Source: Candidatus Komeilibacteria bacterium
Lineage (GTDB): Bacteria > Patescibacteriota > Patescibacteriia > UBA1558
Reading direction: 5' to 3'
Length of the DNA stretch: 64,000 nucleotides
Assembly: GCA_048538235.1 (NCBI GenBank)
Contig: JBLYPX010000001.1
Location: 679,554-743,553, forward strand
Both the position numbers and the translations under genes were made by a program. This document shows, one piece after another, positions 1 through 11,092 of this stretch (its first letter is position 1; every line of letters begins with the position of its first letter). The notes below the pieces were generated by a model. It was not told the origin of the DNA and ran no database searches. It saw only the letters and a list, made by a program, of their open reading frames with translations.

Positions 1-603
1 TTTATCTTTATGATTAAATAAACTAAATTTTAAAACTACCTTTCTTTGTTTTATTGAATTAACAATAATTTGAGACCCAAGTATTATTACCAAAATAGCT
101 AATAATATGAACACGCTATAACGCTCAACACTATCCTTTACTATTGAATATCCTTCTCCTAAAAAATATCCTAAAGTTACATATAGTATATATGATGATG
201 TACCGCCTAAAACACTCCACTTCCAAGCATCTTTCCATTTACCCTGTATTATTCCATAGACAAGCATTAGATTGTGTCCAACGCCATAAGCAAGCTTACT
301 AATAACAATCGCCTTACCCATATGTCTATCAAACAAGTTCGCTAAATAATCTATCTTACGTCTACTTAAAAAAAGAACTTTACCTCTTTTTGCCAACATT
401 TTTGAACCAAACTTATAACCCACTAGATAGAATAAATAATCTCCCAATAGAACAAAGAACGGTCCTAATAATAATGGCCAAAAACTAAAGCCGTTTAAAG
501 ATAATAATATTCCACCTAGCCAATATGTGGGCTGCCCCTCAACCATTAATAGAAAATAGAATGCGAAGTAACCATATGTTTCTAAAAATGCTTGCCAATC
601 CAT
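1..603 (-). CDS. DedA/VTT-family membrane protein; start present, remainder runs off the window edge
   Basis: My own minus-strand translation from ATG ~603 (SD AGGGAG about 8 nt upstream) gives MDWQAFLETYGYFAFYFLLMVEGQPTYWLGGILL...FLSRRKIDYLANLFDRHMGKAIVISKLAYGVGHNLMLVYGI... with no stop down to position 1. It is hydrophobic with a DedA-like pattern. It is absent from the supplied ORF track, presumably because it is truncated. Confidence 0.45.
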   Translation of the reverse strand, partial: MDWQAFLETYGYFAFYFLLMVEGQPTYWLGGILLSLNGFSFWPLLLGPFFVLLGDYLFYLVGYKFGSKMLAKRGKVLFLSRRKIDYLANLFDRHMGKAIVISKLAYGVGHNLMLVYGIIQGKWKDAWKWSVLGGTSSYILYVTLGYFLGEGYSIVKDSVERYSVFILLAILVIILGSQIIVNSIKQRKVVLKFSLFNHKDK

Positions 604-608
604 ATATT

Positions 609-2045
609 CTACTCCCTGTAATTTTCAATATGCCAAGCTAGTTGTAATATTTTACTTTCAGCAAAAGCATCACCCATTAATTGTAGTCCTATTGGTAAGC
701 CCTTGCTATCTTTACCAACTGGTATAGATATTGCTGGTGAACCAATAATATTAGCAACTACTGTATAAATATCCGACAAATACATTGTTAAGGGATCGGT
801 TGTTAATTCTCCTATTTTAAAAGCCGTGGTTGGTGTGGTTGGTCCTAAAATTGCGTCATATTTCTGGTAGATCTTACTCAACTCATATTTCATGACTGTT
901 TGCACTTTTAAAGCTTTCTTGTAATACGCATCATAATATCCAGCAGAAAGTACATATGTTCCCATTAATATTCTACGTTTAACTTCTTCACCAAAATTAC
1001 GACCACGTGTTTTCTTGTATACATCCCACAGTTCTTCTGCAGGAGCTGGGTTTCCAAACCTAACTCCATCAAACTTAGCTAAATTAGCAGATACCTCAGC
1101 TGGCATAATAATATAATAAACAGCTAAAGCTTGATCTAAGATTGGTAAATCTATCTCATCAACAGTAACCCCCAATTTTTTCAAAACTTCTATCTGCTCC
1201 TTAATCCTATCTCCAACTTCTTTAGACAATCCTTCATTAAAAAATTGTTTTGGCACAGCTACTTTCATGCCCGCTACACCCTTTTTCATATCTTGAACAT
1301 AATTTGGCACAGGCCTTTGTATAGTCGTACTATCTTTTTTATCTTCGCCCGCTAATGCTTGTAATACAATAGCTGCATCTTCTACTGTTTTTGTAATTGG
1401 TCCTGCTTGATCAAATGAAGAAGCCATGGCTATAAGTCCATAGCGCGAAACCCTACCATAGGTTGGCTTCAAACCAACCACCCCACAAAAACTTGCAGGC
1501 TGTCTAATTGAACCACCCGTATCTGTACCAATAGCATAAACACAAAGATCTGCTGCCACAGCTGCTGCTGAACCACCAGATGAACCGCCTGGCACTCTAG
1601 TTAAATCATAAGGATTTAAAACTGGTCCATATGAACTATTCTCATTAGAAGAACCCATTGCAAATTCATCACAATTAGATTTACCTAAAACCACAACTCC
1701 ACTCTTCCTTAATTTCCTCATAACAGTAGAGTTATATGGTGGGATATAATCTGCTAAAATCTGTGAACCAGCAGTTGTCTGTATATCTCTGGTTACAATA
1801 ACATCTTTAATAGAAGCTGGAACACCTTCTAAGAAATCTACAGACTCAGAAGAAGCTATTCTTTCATCAACAACTCTTGCCTCATCTAAGGCCTGATCAT
1901 TATAGCTGATAAAAGTATTTAATTCTTTGTCTCTATTATTTATTTCATGCAAATAATACTGAGTAAGTTGCTCAGATGTTATTTCATGACTAGCAAGTAA
2001 TTCTCTTGCCTTAACAATGGTTAAATTTTTTAAATTATTTTCCAT
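609..2045 (-). CDS. gatA: Glu-tRNA(Gln)/Asp-tRNA(Asn) amidotransferase subunit A
   Basis: 478 aa with the amidase-signature block GSSGGSAAAVAADLCVYAIGTDTGGSIRQPASFCGVVGLKPTYGRVSRYGL. It overlaps gatC by 11 nt. Confidence 0.9.
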   Translation of the reverse strand: MENNLKNLTIVKARELLASHEITSEQLTQYYLHEINNRDKELNTFISYNDQALDEARVVDERIASSESVDFLEGVPASIKDVIVTRDIQTTAGSQILADYIPPYNSTVMRKLRKSGVVVLGKSNCDEFAMGSSNENSSYGPVLNPYDLTRVPGGSSGGSAAAVAADLCVYAIGTDTGGSIRQPASFCGVVGLKPTYGRVSRYGLIAMASSFDQAGPITKTVEDAAIVLQALAGEDKKDSTTIQRPVPNYVQDMKKGVAGMKVAVPKQFFNEGLSKEVGDRIKEQIEVLKKLGVTVDEIDLPILDQALAVYYIIMPAEVSANLAKFDGVRFGNPAPAEELWDVYKKTRGRNFGEEVKRRILMGTYVLSAGYYDAYYKKALKVQTVMKYELSKIYQKYDAILGPTTPTTAFKIGELTTDPLTMYLSDIYTVVANIIGSPAISIPVGKDSKGLPIGLQLMGDAFAESKILQLAWHIENYRE

Positions 2046-2340
2046 TCTTAAAAACAGGTTTTGTTTTAATTAAATCCTCATCTCTTTCTGGGGCACTATT
2101 TAGAATAGCTTGCCTACCAATCTCTGGTAATGTTTTAACAATATCTTCACGCCAAACATTAACGGTCTTAACAGGATCGTCAAACTTTGCAGTAGCTGGC
2201 AAACCCTCTAATGCTGTTAATTGACTTACATATTCTAAAATACCCTTTAATTGATGGTGTAACTCATCAATTTTATCTTCATCTATATGTAATTTAGCTA
2301 GCTCAGCTAAATATTCAATTTGTTCTTTTTTAAACTCCAT
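2035..2340 (-). CDS. gatC: amidotransferase subunit C
   Basis: 101 aa with a GatC-like sequence (EYLAELAKLHIDEDKIDELHHQLKGILEYVSQL...). It sits immediately upstream of gatA with a translationally coupled overlap. Confidence 0.8.
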   Translation of the reverse strand: MEFKKEQIEYLAELAKLHIDEDKIDELHHQLKGILEYVSQLTALEGLPATAKFDDPVKTVNVWREDIVKTLPEIGRQAILNSAPERDEDLIKTKPVFKNGK

Positions 2341-2366
2341 ATTTGTAAAATTATCTCTATTATACT

Positions 2367-5222
<2,856 letters not shown>

Positions 5223-5233
<11 letters not shown>

Positions 5234-5816
5234 AATATCTTGATGAAATAGCTGTTTGGTAACGTATCCATTCAGGTGTATCTAAATCTGCAGTTAATGA
5301 TTGTGTTGTTAGAGCAATTGTAACAAGTGGCTGCTGAGTATCTAATGCTCCGTACAAAACAAAAGGGTTGGTATCTGGTGTTATAAAAAACTTCATTGAA
5401 GTTACAGAAATATCTTCTGGCGTAACATCATAATATGTATCCAACTCACAATTTATAGCCTCACTGACATATCTACAAATCTCTATTTTATTATTTGTAA
5501 AATGGAAACGAATTGATTGATTATCTGTATTCTTTAAAGCAAGATAATTTAATGGTTGAGCGGCTAAATTATCTCCTCCACCAGTATAGAAATCATAATC
5601 TACCCTATTATTCCTAACCTCCCTTGCTATTAATTCAACCACATAACGTGTATCTGCCTGCAACTTTTCAGAATTAGCTAATCTTTTCTGTGCTCTATTA
5701 GTTTGAACAAAAATAGAAACCATAGCAGTCATAGCCATAACAAAAATGGCAGATACAACTAGCATCTCTAATAAAGTAAATCCTTTTTGTTTATTTATAT
5801 TATTCATTATCTCCAA
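5223..5816 (-). CDS. prepilin-type minor pilin / pseudopilin
   Basis: 197 aa. The N-terminus contains ...KQKGFTLLEMLVVSAIFVMAM, matching the class III prepilin signal (G|FTLLE followed by a hydrophobic helix). It uses a TTG start and overlaps its neighbours. Confidence 0.6.
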
Positions 5817-6418
5817 TCAAATATTCTATCTATTAACTCAACTCTTTTAGCATCACCATTAGAGGCTTGCCATTGAACAATAGATTTTAATTCATAACCA
5901 ACTCTAGTTCCAATACCAACACAACTTTCATCTATATCTAAAAATTTTAAGGCATTACTTGGATTGCCAATGTCTGTATCACATATATCTCTAAATTCTA
6001 CCTGCCTCTTAAAACTTGAATAGGTGCCAGTATCTGTGTGACTAAACAATGTATTAGTAACATACAACTTACAAACCTCACATGTATCTATAGCTTCTTC
6101 TACGCCTTCTAATACATAAGAGCTACCATTAATAGTGTCTGTAAACTTAACAATTTGTCTGTAATCATCTGTTGCTGGATCTACTGGCAAACCTGTATCC
6201 CAATCATTTCCAGCCACCCAATTTGAATCCCTGACATTTCTAATTACCTCTATAGCTTCTCGAGCTAAATTAGAAGCAATTAATCTTTTTTCACCATAAT
6301 CTGCAGCTGTTAAATTGTATGAAGTTAAAATCAAAATAGACACTATGCCTATTATCATAATGCCAATAGCTACAATCACCTCCATAAATCCCTGCCCTTT
6401 TTGATCTTTAATTATCAT
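5807..6418 (-). CDS. minor pilin-like protein with atypical prepilin motif (G-F-M-E)
   Basis: 203 aa. The N-terminus MIIKDQKGQGFMEVIVAIGIMIIGIVSIL has Glu at +3 after the putative cleavage Gly rather than the usual +5. Confidence 0.45.
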   Translation of the reverse strand: MIIKDQKGQGFMEVIVAIGIMIIGIVSILILTSYNLTAADYGEKRLIASNLAREAIEVIRNVRDSNWVAGNDWDTGLPVDPATDDYRQIVKFTDTINGSSYVLEGVEEAIDTCEVCKLYVTNTLFSHTDTGTYSSFKRQVEFRDICDTDIGNPSNALKFLDIDESCVGIGTRVGYELKSIVQWQASNGDAKRVELIDRIFDWR

Positions 6419-6420
6419 AA

Positions 6421-6975
6421 TTATTCTAATGTAAAATCTACCTTTCCAGATACTGGTGTAATACTAACCGTACCTGTTTTATTAGTTGCTCTACTATGAG
6501 TCAAACTTAAACTTGTTGTTGAAGATTGTAATACTGGATCAGCTGAACCAAGTACTGTATATATACTCACATTAGATGAGTATGGTTTAAACACTATGTG
6601 TAACTCATCATTTGTACCTGTAATTTGCAATGTGTTAATATCTGGAACCAAACTTCTTGTTTCAAGAACTGCACCATCAGCTGCTAATGTATAGACACCG
6701 TCTGCATTTACATCATTAAATATTACATAATCATTATTGTTCGCTTTAAACATAATTCCATAACCACCAACCCCAACAGATGCATTATTATAATCTGAAC
6801 CTGTTAAAGATAGGGTTTGAACCTTTCTAATATCACTAGCTATTTTTTGTGTTTCTAATCTTAATTCGTTTATAGATTCGCCAGATCTAAAATTAACAAT
6901 AACTATTAAAAACAAACTTAAAAAAACTCCCATCGCTACTACCAACTCTATTAATGTAAATCCTTTTTTATTCAT
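6421..6975 (-). CDS. prepilin-type minor pilin / pseudopilin
   Basis: 184 aa. The N-terminus MNKKGFTLIELVVAMGVFLSLF is a canonical prepilin cleavage/methylation motif. Confidence 0.65.
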   Translation of the reverse strand: MNKKGFTLIELVVAMGVFLSLFLIVIVNFRSGESINELRLETQKIASDIRKVQTLSLTGSDYNNASVGVGGYGIMFKANNNDYVIFNDVNADGVYTLAADGAVLETRSLVPDINTLQITGTNDELHIVFKPYSSNVSIYTVLGSADPVLQSSTTSLSLTHSRATNKTGTVSITPVSGKVDFTLE

Positions 6976-6980
6976 ATGTA

Positions 6981-7751
6981 TTATATAAAATTAAATAATC
7001 CTAAATACCAACTAAGTAATTCTGAACCATAAAGCCAAGTAATAACAGTTGCTAAGCTTAAAAAGGTACCAAAGGCAATTTGACTACCTCTTTCTCTTTT
7101 TTTAGTTATAAGTAAATATATACTAACAATTGCACCTAAGATATATGCTAAAAACAAAGCAACCACCACTCCTGGGAATCCTAATAATAATCCCATGACA
7201 ACACCTAAGCGAATATCTCCACCACCAATCCACTTACCCTTAGATATTACATATTGCCAACCAAACCAAGCTCCACCAAATATGCCAGCTAATAAATAAT
7301 GTACCCAATTTAATCCAAGTATAAATGTAAAAATAATAGCTATCACCATTAAAGGAATTGTAACCTTATCTAAGATCAAATGATGTAAGTGATCAAAAGT
7401 ATAAATAACTATTAAAAAGGAAATAGCTATTAAATAATATAGATATCCTAAAATAGTTAAAGCATTAAAATCTACAACTAAAACAAAATAGCCTAAAATG
7501 AATAATATGGCTGTAATAAGTTCAACTAAAGGATATTGGTATGATATTTTTTCATTACAATACCTACACCTACCTTTTAATAGAAGCCAACTAAAAAGTG
7601 GCACCAAATCCTTTACCCCTAATTGATGCTTACATTTAACACATTTTGACCTAGCATTAACTATACTGTCTTTACTCTTAAGTCTATAAATAACAGCGTT
7701 TAAAAAACTACCTATAATTAAGCCAAATATACCAATAAATACATAATTCAT
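6981..7751 (-). CDS. pilD: prepilin peptidase (A24 family)
   Basis: 256 aa, polytopic. It has the N-terminal tetracysteine motif CVKCKHQ...CRYCNEK and the conserved GGGDIRLG aspartate motif. Confidence 0.85.
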   Translation of the reverse strand: MNYVFIGIFGLIIGSFLNAVIYRLKSKDSIVNARSKCVKCKHQLGVKDLVPLFSWLLLKGRCRYCNEKISYQYPLVELITAILFILGYFVLVVDFNALTILGYLYYLIAISFLIVIYTFDHLHHLILDKVTIPLMVIAIIFTFILGLNWVHYLLAGIFGGAWFGWQYVISKGKWIGGGDIRLGVVMGLLLGFPGVVVALFLAYILGAIVSIYLLITKKRERGSQIAFGTFLSLATVITWLYGSELLSWYLGLFNFI

Positions 7752-7780
7752 AGGTCAATTATACCATTTTTTAGAGTATC

Positions 7781-7812
7781 AAAAAACCCGCTAAATAATG
7801 TTAACGGGTTTT
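7781..7812 (-). terminator. rho-independent terminator/attenuator after the major pilin gene
   Basis: On the minus strand the sequence is AAAACCCGTTAACATTATTTAGCGGGTTTTTT. This gives an 8-bp stem (one G-U pair), a 6-nt loop and a U-tract, about 20 nt downstream of the pilA stop and upstream of pilD. Confidence 0.6.
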
Positions 7813-7830
7813 AAAACTATAATCTAAATA

Positions 7831-8304
7831 TTATAAACCGCTACAAGTAGCTGCGCAGGTAATCGAACCTGGTTTTGCCTTACAAGCCAATCCTGTACCC
7901 CATTCAGTTCTAGCATTTTCTAATGTGAAACAAATTGCATAATCACCTGTAGAAGTACTATTGACTTGGTAGGCGTAAGAATTTGCTGCAACAGGATCAT
8001 CTGGGACTTGTGCCATATAAGTAGTACCAGATGCACTATCTGCCCATCCTGCTACGCTAGACAATGTAAGAGCTCCGCTACCGCCTAAAGCAAGAGCAGC
8101 TGTGGCTTGAGAAGGATAAGCAGCTTGATCATTATAATAAATTTCTAGAGCAGTCTGTATCTGTCTAATATCAGATGTACGACGTGCATCTCTAGCTTTA
8201 GAACGAGCTGAATTCAATGAAACAACTGCTAAAGTAGATAATAAGCCAATAATGGCTATAACTACCAAAAGTTCAATTAATGTGAAACCTTTTTGTTTAT
8301 TCAT
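7831..8304 (-). CDS. pilA: major type IV pilin
   Basis: 157 aa. The N-terminus is MNKQKGFTLIELLVVIAIIGLLSTLAVVSLNSARSKARDARRTSDIRQIQTALEIYY. The C-terminus has a Cys-rich disulfide region (CFTLENARTEWGTGLACKAKPGSITCAATCSGL). It has its own promoter and terminator. Confidence 0.8.
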   Translation of the reverse strand: MNKQKGFTLIELLVVIAIIGLLSTLAVVSLNSARSKARDARRTSDIRQIQTALEIYYNDQAAYPSQATAALALGGSGALTLSSVAGWADSASGTTYMAQVPDDPVAANSYAYQVNSTSTGDYAICFTLENARTEWGTGLACKAKPGSITCAATCSGL

Positions 8305-8338
8305 ATTTTTTTCTTAAATCTACTAAAAAGTAGTGTAT

Positions 8339-8367
8339 TTATTAAATATATAAGTTATCTATGTCAA
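8339..8367 (-). promoter_or_regulatory. sigma70-like promoter for pilA
   Basis: On the minus strand: TTGACA, a 17-nt spacer, then TAATAA. It lies within the 111-nt pilC-pilA gap, with a small inverted repeat CTACTTTTTAGTAG downstream. Confidence 0.4.
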
Positions 8368-8415
8368 TATTATATAATATTTCGTAAAATTCGTAAACAC
8401 CTCCTGTAGATAAGT

Positions 8416-9624
8416 CTAGAATTGGTTAGCTAAGTTGTACATAGGTAAAATAATAGCTGCAACCATACCACCAACTGCCACACCTATCAAAACCATAATA
8501 AATGGCTCTATTAAGCTAGTTAAATTAGCAACAATGTTCTCAATTTCTCTTGAATAAAAGTCTGAAACTTTAGCTAAAACATCATCAAGACGACCTGTTT
8601 TTTCACCAACACTCATCATCTGTGAAACCAGACTAGGAACTATAGGCGATTCAAGAAAAACAGTAGCCACAGAGTCACCATCTTCTACTGTGGTAATTGT
8701 TTCTTCAATAAGCTCTTGGTAAGCCGCATTGCCAACCACCTCATTTACAATTTTAAGGCCAACTGTTAAAGGAACACCACCAACGATTAAAGTAGATAAA
8801 GACCTAGTCATACGAACTAGATATATTCTCTGTAAAAGCTTACCAAAGATAGGTAGTCTTAAAACAATTATATCTTTTGTTTTCTTACCGGCTGGTGTTT
8901 TTACCAAAGCTCTAAAACCAACAATTAACACAACAACAATTATTATTAAAAGCCACCAGTAATTTCTCATAAAAGAACTTGTGCCAATCAATATCTGAGT
9001 CGTCATTGGTAATTCTTGACCAGAGGCAGTTAACATTTCTGTTAACTTTGGAATAACAAATATCATCATAACAACACCAACGCCAATAAGTCCTGAGATG
9101 ATAAAAGCCGGATAAATCATTGCACCCTTTATCTTACTACTTAAATCATAATCCTTTTCTAATTGATCGGCTAAATATTCAAGCACATTATCTAACTTAC
9201 CAGATGTTTCACCACTTTTTATCATACTGATATAGAAGTTAGAAAAGACATTACGATAGCGCTCAAGAGCAACTGAAAACTTTTGACCGCCTTCTACTTC
9301 ATCAGCCAGTTCAGATATGACGGATTTAAAATATTCACTCTCTGTTTGTTTAACAAGTATTCTCAAAGCTTGAACAATAGGCAAAGTAGCACTAATCATA
9401 ACAGATAGCTGTCTTGAAAAGATAACAATATCTTTTTGTTTTACTTTCTGAAATATTGCCAAATTAAAAGAAATGCCTTTGCCTTGACCAGACTCTTCTG
9501 CAATATTGATAATGGTAAGTCCTCTGTCATTTAAAATCTCAGACGCCGATTCAATATTCGGCGCCTCAACCATTCCAGAGGTTATGTCTTCACCTTTATG
9601 TGCTCTGTAACGAAATACTGCCAT
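8416..9624 (-). CDS. pilC: type IV pilus platform protein (GspF family)
   Basis: 402 aa with three TM regions and two GspF-like repeats. It sits in the pilus locus between pilT and pilA. Confidence 0.85.
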   Translation of the reverse strand: MAVFRYRAHKGEDITSGMVEAPNIESASEILNDRGLTIINIAEESGQGKGISFNLAIFQKVKQKDIVIFSRQLSVMISATLPIVQALRILVKQTESEYFKSVISELADEVEGGQKFSVALERYRNVFSNFYISMIKSGETSGKLDNVLEYLADQLEKDYDLSSKIKGAMIYPAFIISGLIGVGVVMMIFVIPKLTEMLTASGQELPMTTQILIGTSSFMRNYWWLLIIIVVVLIVGFRALVKTPAGKKTKDIIVLRLPIFGKLLQRIYLVRMTRSLSTLIVGGVPLTVGLKIVNEVVGNAAYQELIEETITTVEDGDSVATVFLESPIVPSLVSQMMSVGEKTGRLDDVLAKVSDFYSREIENIVANLTSLIEPFIMVLIGVAVGGMVAAIILPMYNLANQF

Positions 9625-10701
9625 TTAGAATTTTTTTAAACTATTTTCAAAATTAACTTTATCTATAACTTCTGGCAAAGCATCCTCTTTAGCAACCTCA
9701 CCTGTTCTAACAAGCTCAACTAAAGACACATCTAGTGCAAACATGCCTAATTCTCTATTACTCTGCAATATACTAAATATCTGATAAAGCTTATCTTCTT
9801 TAATAGATCCAGCTACAGCCTGATTCATTAATAATAGTTCAGCTGCCATCGCAAGTCCTCCACCAACTCTTGGTAATAATCTTTGGATTAAAACTGCCTC
9901 TAAATTATTAACTAGTAACTCTCTAATCCAACCACGCTCACTGTCTGGATAACAGTTAATAATTCTTTCTAAAGCAAGTGTTGATGTTTCTGTTGTCATT
10001 ACCACAAACACAAGCCTACCAGCTTCAGTATGTTTTAGTATTAAATTCCACTCTTCATAATTTGTCACCCCGCTTACCATCATAACGTCTATATCTTGAT
10101 CTAAAGATTGCTCTAAAGCTTCTTTAACACTATTTACATCTTTTCCAACCTCTCTTTGAGAGATAATACTCTTATTATTAGCAAGTAGAAACTCAAGTGG
10201 CTTTTCAATAGTTACTATATTCTCACTTCTTGTATTATTAATATAATTTAATAAAGCTGCCGTTGTAGTTGATCTACCAGAACCAAATGTTCCACCAACA
10301 ACCACTAAGCCTTTGGTTAGATTAGCAATCTTTTCAATATTGTGTGGTAAACCAAGAGTGCTTAAATCTGGTACCATCTCTGGAATTAAATGAATAGATA
10401 ATACTGGTATTCCCTTTTGATAAAAAACCTTTATCTTTAAACGCAACTGATTCATCCATTCATAGATTATGGTTGCATCTTTTTTATCTTTTAATTCAAC
10501 TAAACCTTCCTCAGAAAAAAAGAATCCTAATAATTGCTCAATGAAATCTGGAGTTACCACCTCTTCATTGTCTAAATTAACGAGCTTGCCATTAATTCTA
10601 AGTGAAGGATAATTACCAGCTGAGAAATGTAAATCTGATGCTTTTCTTTCAGCAGCAGTTCCTAATATTCTATTTATAATCAAAGTATCTGTTGTTCCCA
10701 T
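9625..10701 (-). CDS. PilT-like ATPase homolog with substituted catalytic motifs (predicted inactive)
   Basis: 358 aa with clear PilT-family similarity, but key motifs are substituted. Walker A is GGTFGSGRSTT (Lys replaced by Arg). The Walker B region is DVMMVSGVTN (no catalytic Glu). The His box is AGRLVFVVMTTETS (no His). Confidence 0.7.
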   Translation of the reverse strand: MGTTDTLIINRILGTAAERKASDLHFSAGNYPSLRINGKLVNLDNEEVVTPDFIEQLLGFFFSEEGLVELKDKKDATIIYEWMNQLRLKIKVFYQKGIPVLSIHLIPEMVPDLSTLGLPHNIEKIANLTKGLVVVGGTFGSGRSTTTAALLNYINNTRSENIVTIEKPLEFLLANNKSIISQREVGKDVNSVKEALEQSLDQDIDVMMVSGVTNYEEWNLILKHTEAGRLVFVVMTTETSTLALERIINCYPDSERGWIRELLVNNLEAVLIQRLLPRVGGGLAMAAELLLMNQAVAGSIKEDKLYQIFSILQSNRELGMFALDVSLVELVRTGEVAKEDALPEVIDKVNFENSLKKF

Positions 10702-10710
10702 AACAATATA

Positions 10711-11088
10711 TTAACTAATTATTTTTTCTATTTTACTAATAACTTCTGATGGCACAAAGTGTGCTTTTATTAAATAATCTACGGCTCCTAATTGTAAACA
10801 TTTCTGCACATCCTCCCTTTCACTCATATTACTTAAAACAATAACTGGTATGTCTTGTGTATTCTTATCTATTTTCAATTCTTCTAATACTTCAAAGCCA
10901 CTTTTTAATGGAATAAGTAAATCTAATAGTATAATGTCCGGCTTTAACTCTTTAGCCTTTTTTAATGCCTGAATACCATCACTAGCAGACTTTACTTCAT
11001 AACCAGCCTTAGTAAGCTTTGTGGTATACATTTGTAGCAAAAAAGAATCGTCTTCTACTATTAATATTTGTTTAATATTTTCTTCCAT
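10711..11088 (-). CDS. stand-alone CheY-like response regulator receiver
   Basis: 125 aa. It has ILIVEDD, the phospho-acceptor Asp in PDIILLDLLIP, a conserved Ser (VIVLSNMSE) and a conserved Lys (YLIKAH). Confidence 0.8.
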   Translation of the reverse strand: MEENIKQILIVEDDSFLLQMYTTKLTKAGYEVKSASDGIQALKKAKELKPDIILLDLLIPLKSGFEVLEELKIDKNTQDIPVIVLSNMSEREDVQKCLQLGAVDYLIKAHFVPSEVISKIEKIIS

Positions 11089-11092
11089 ATAT

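Noticed and set aside
8729-8962. Short plus-strand ORFs nested in minus-strand genes (8729..8962, 15073..15378, 15547..15741, 17965..18156, 49538..49960, 49991..50281, 50873..51094, 60612..61373 and others)
   Set aside because: All lie wholly inside long, well-supported genes on the opposite strand. None has motifs or ribosome-binding sites. They are typical AT-rich antisense artefacts.
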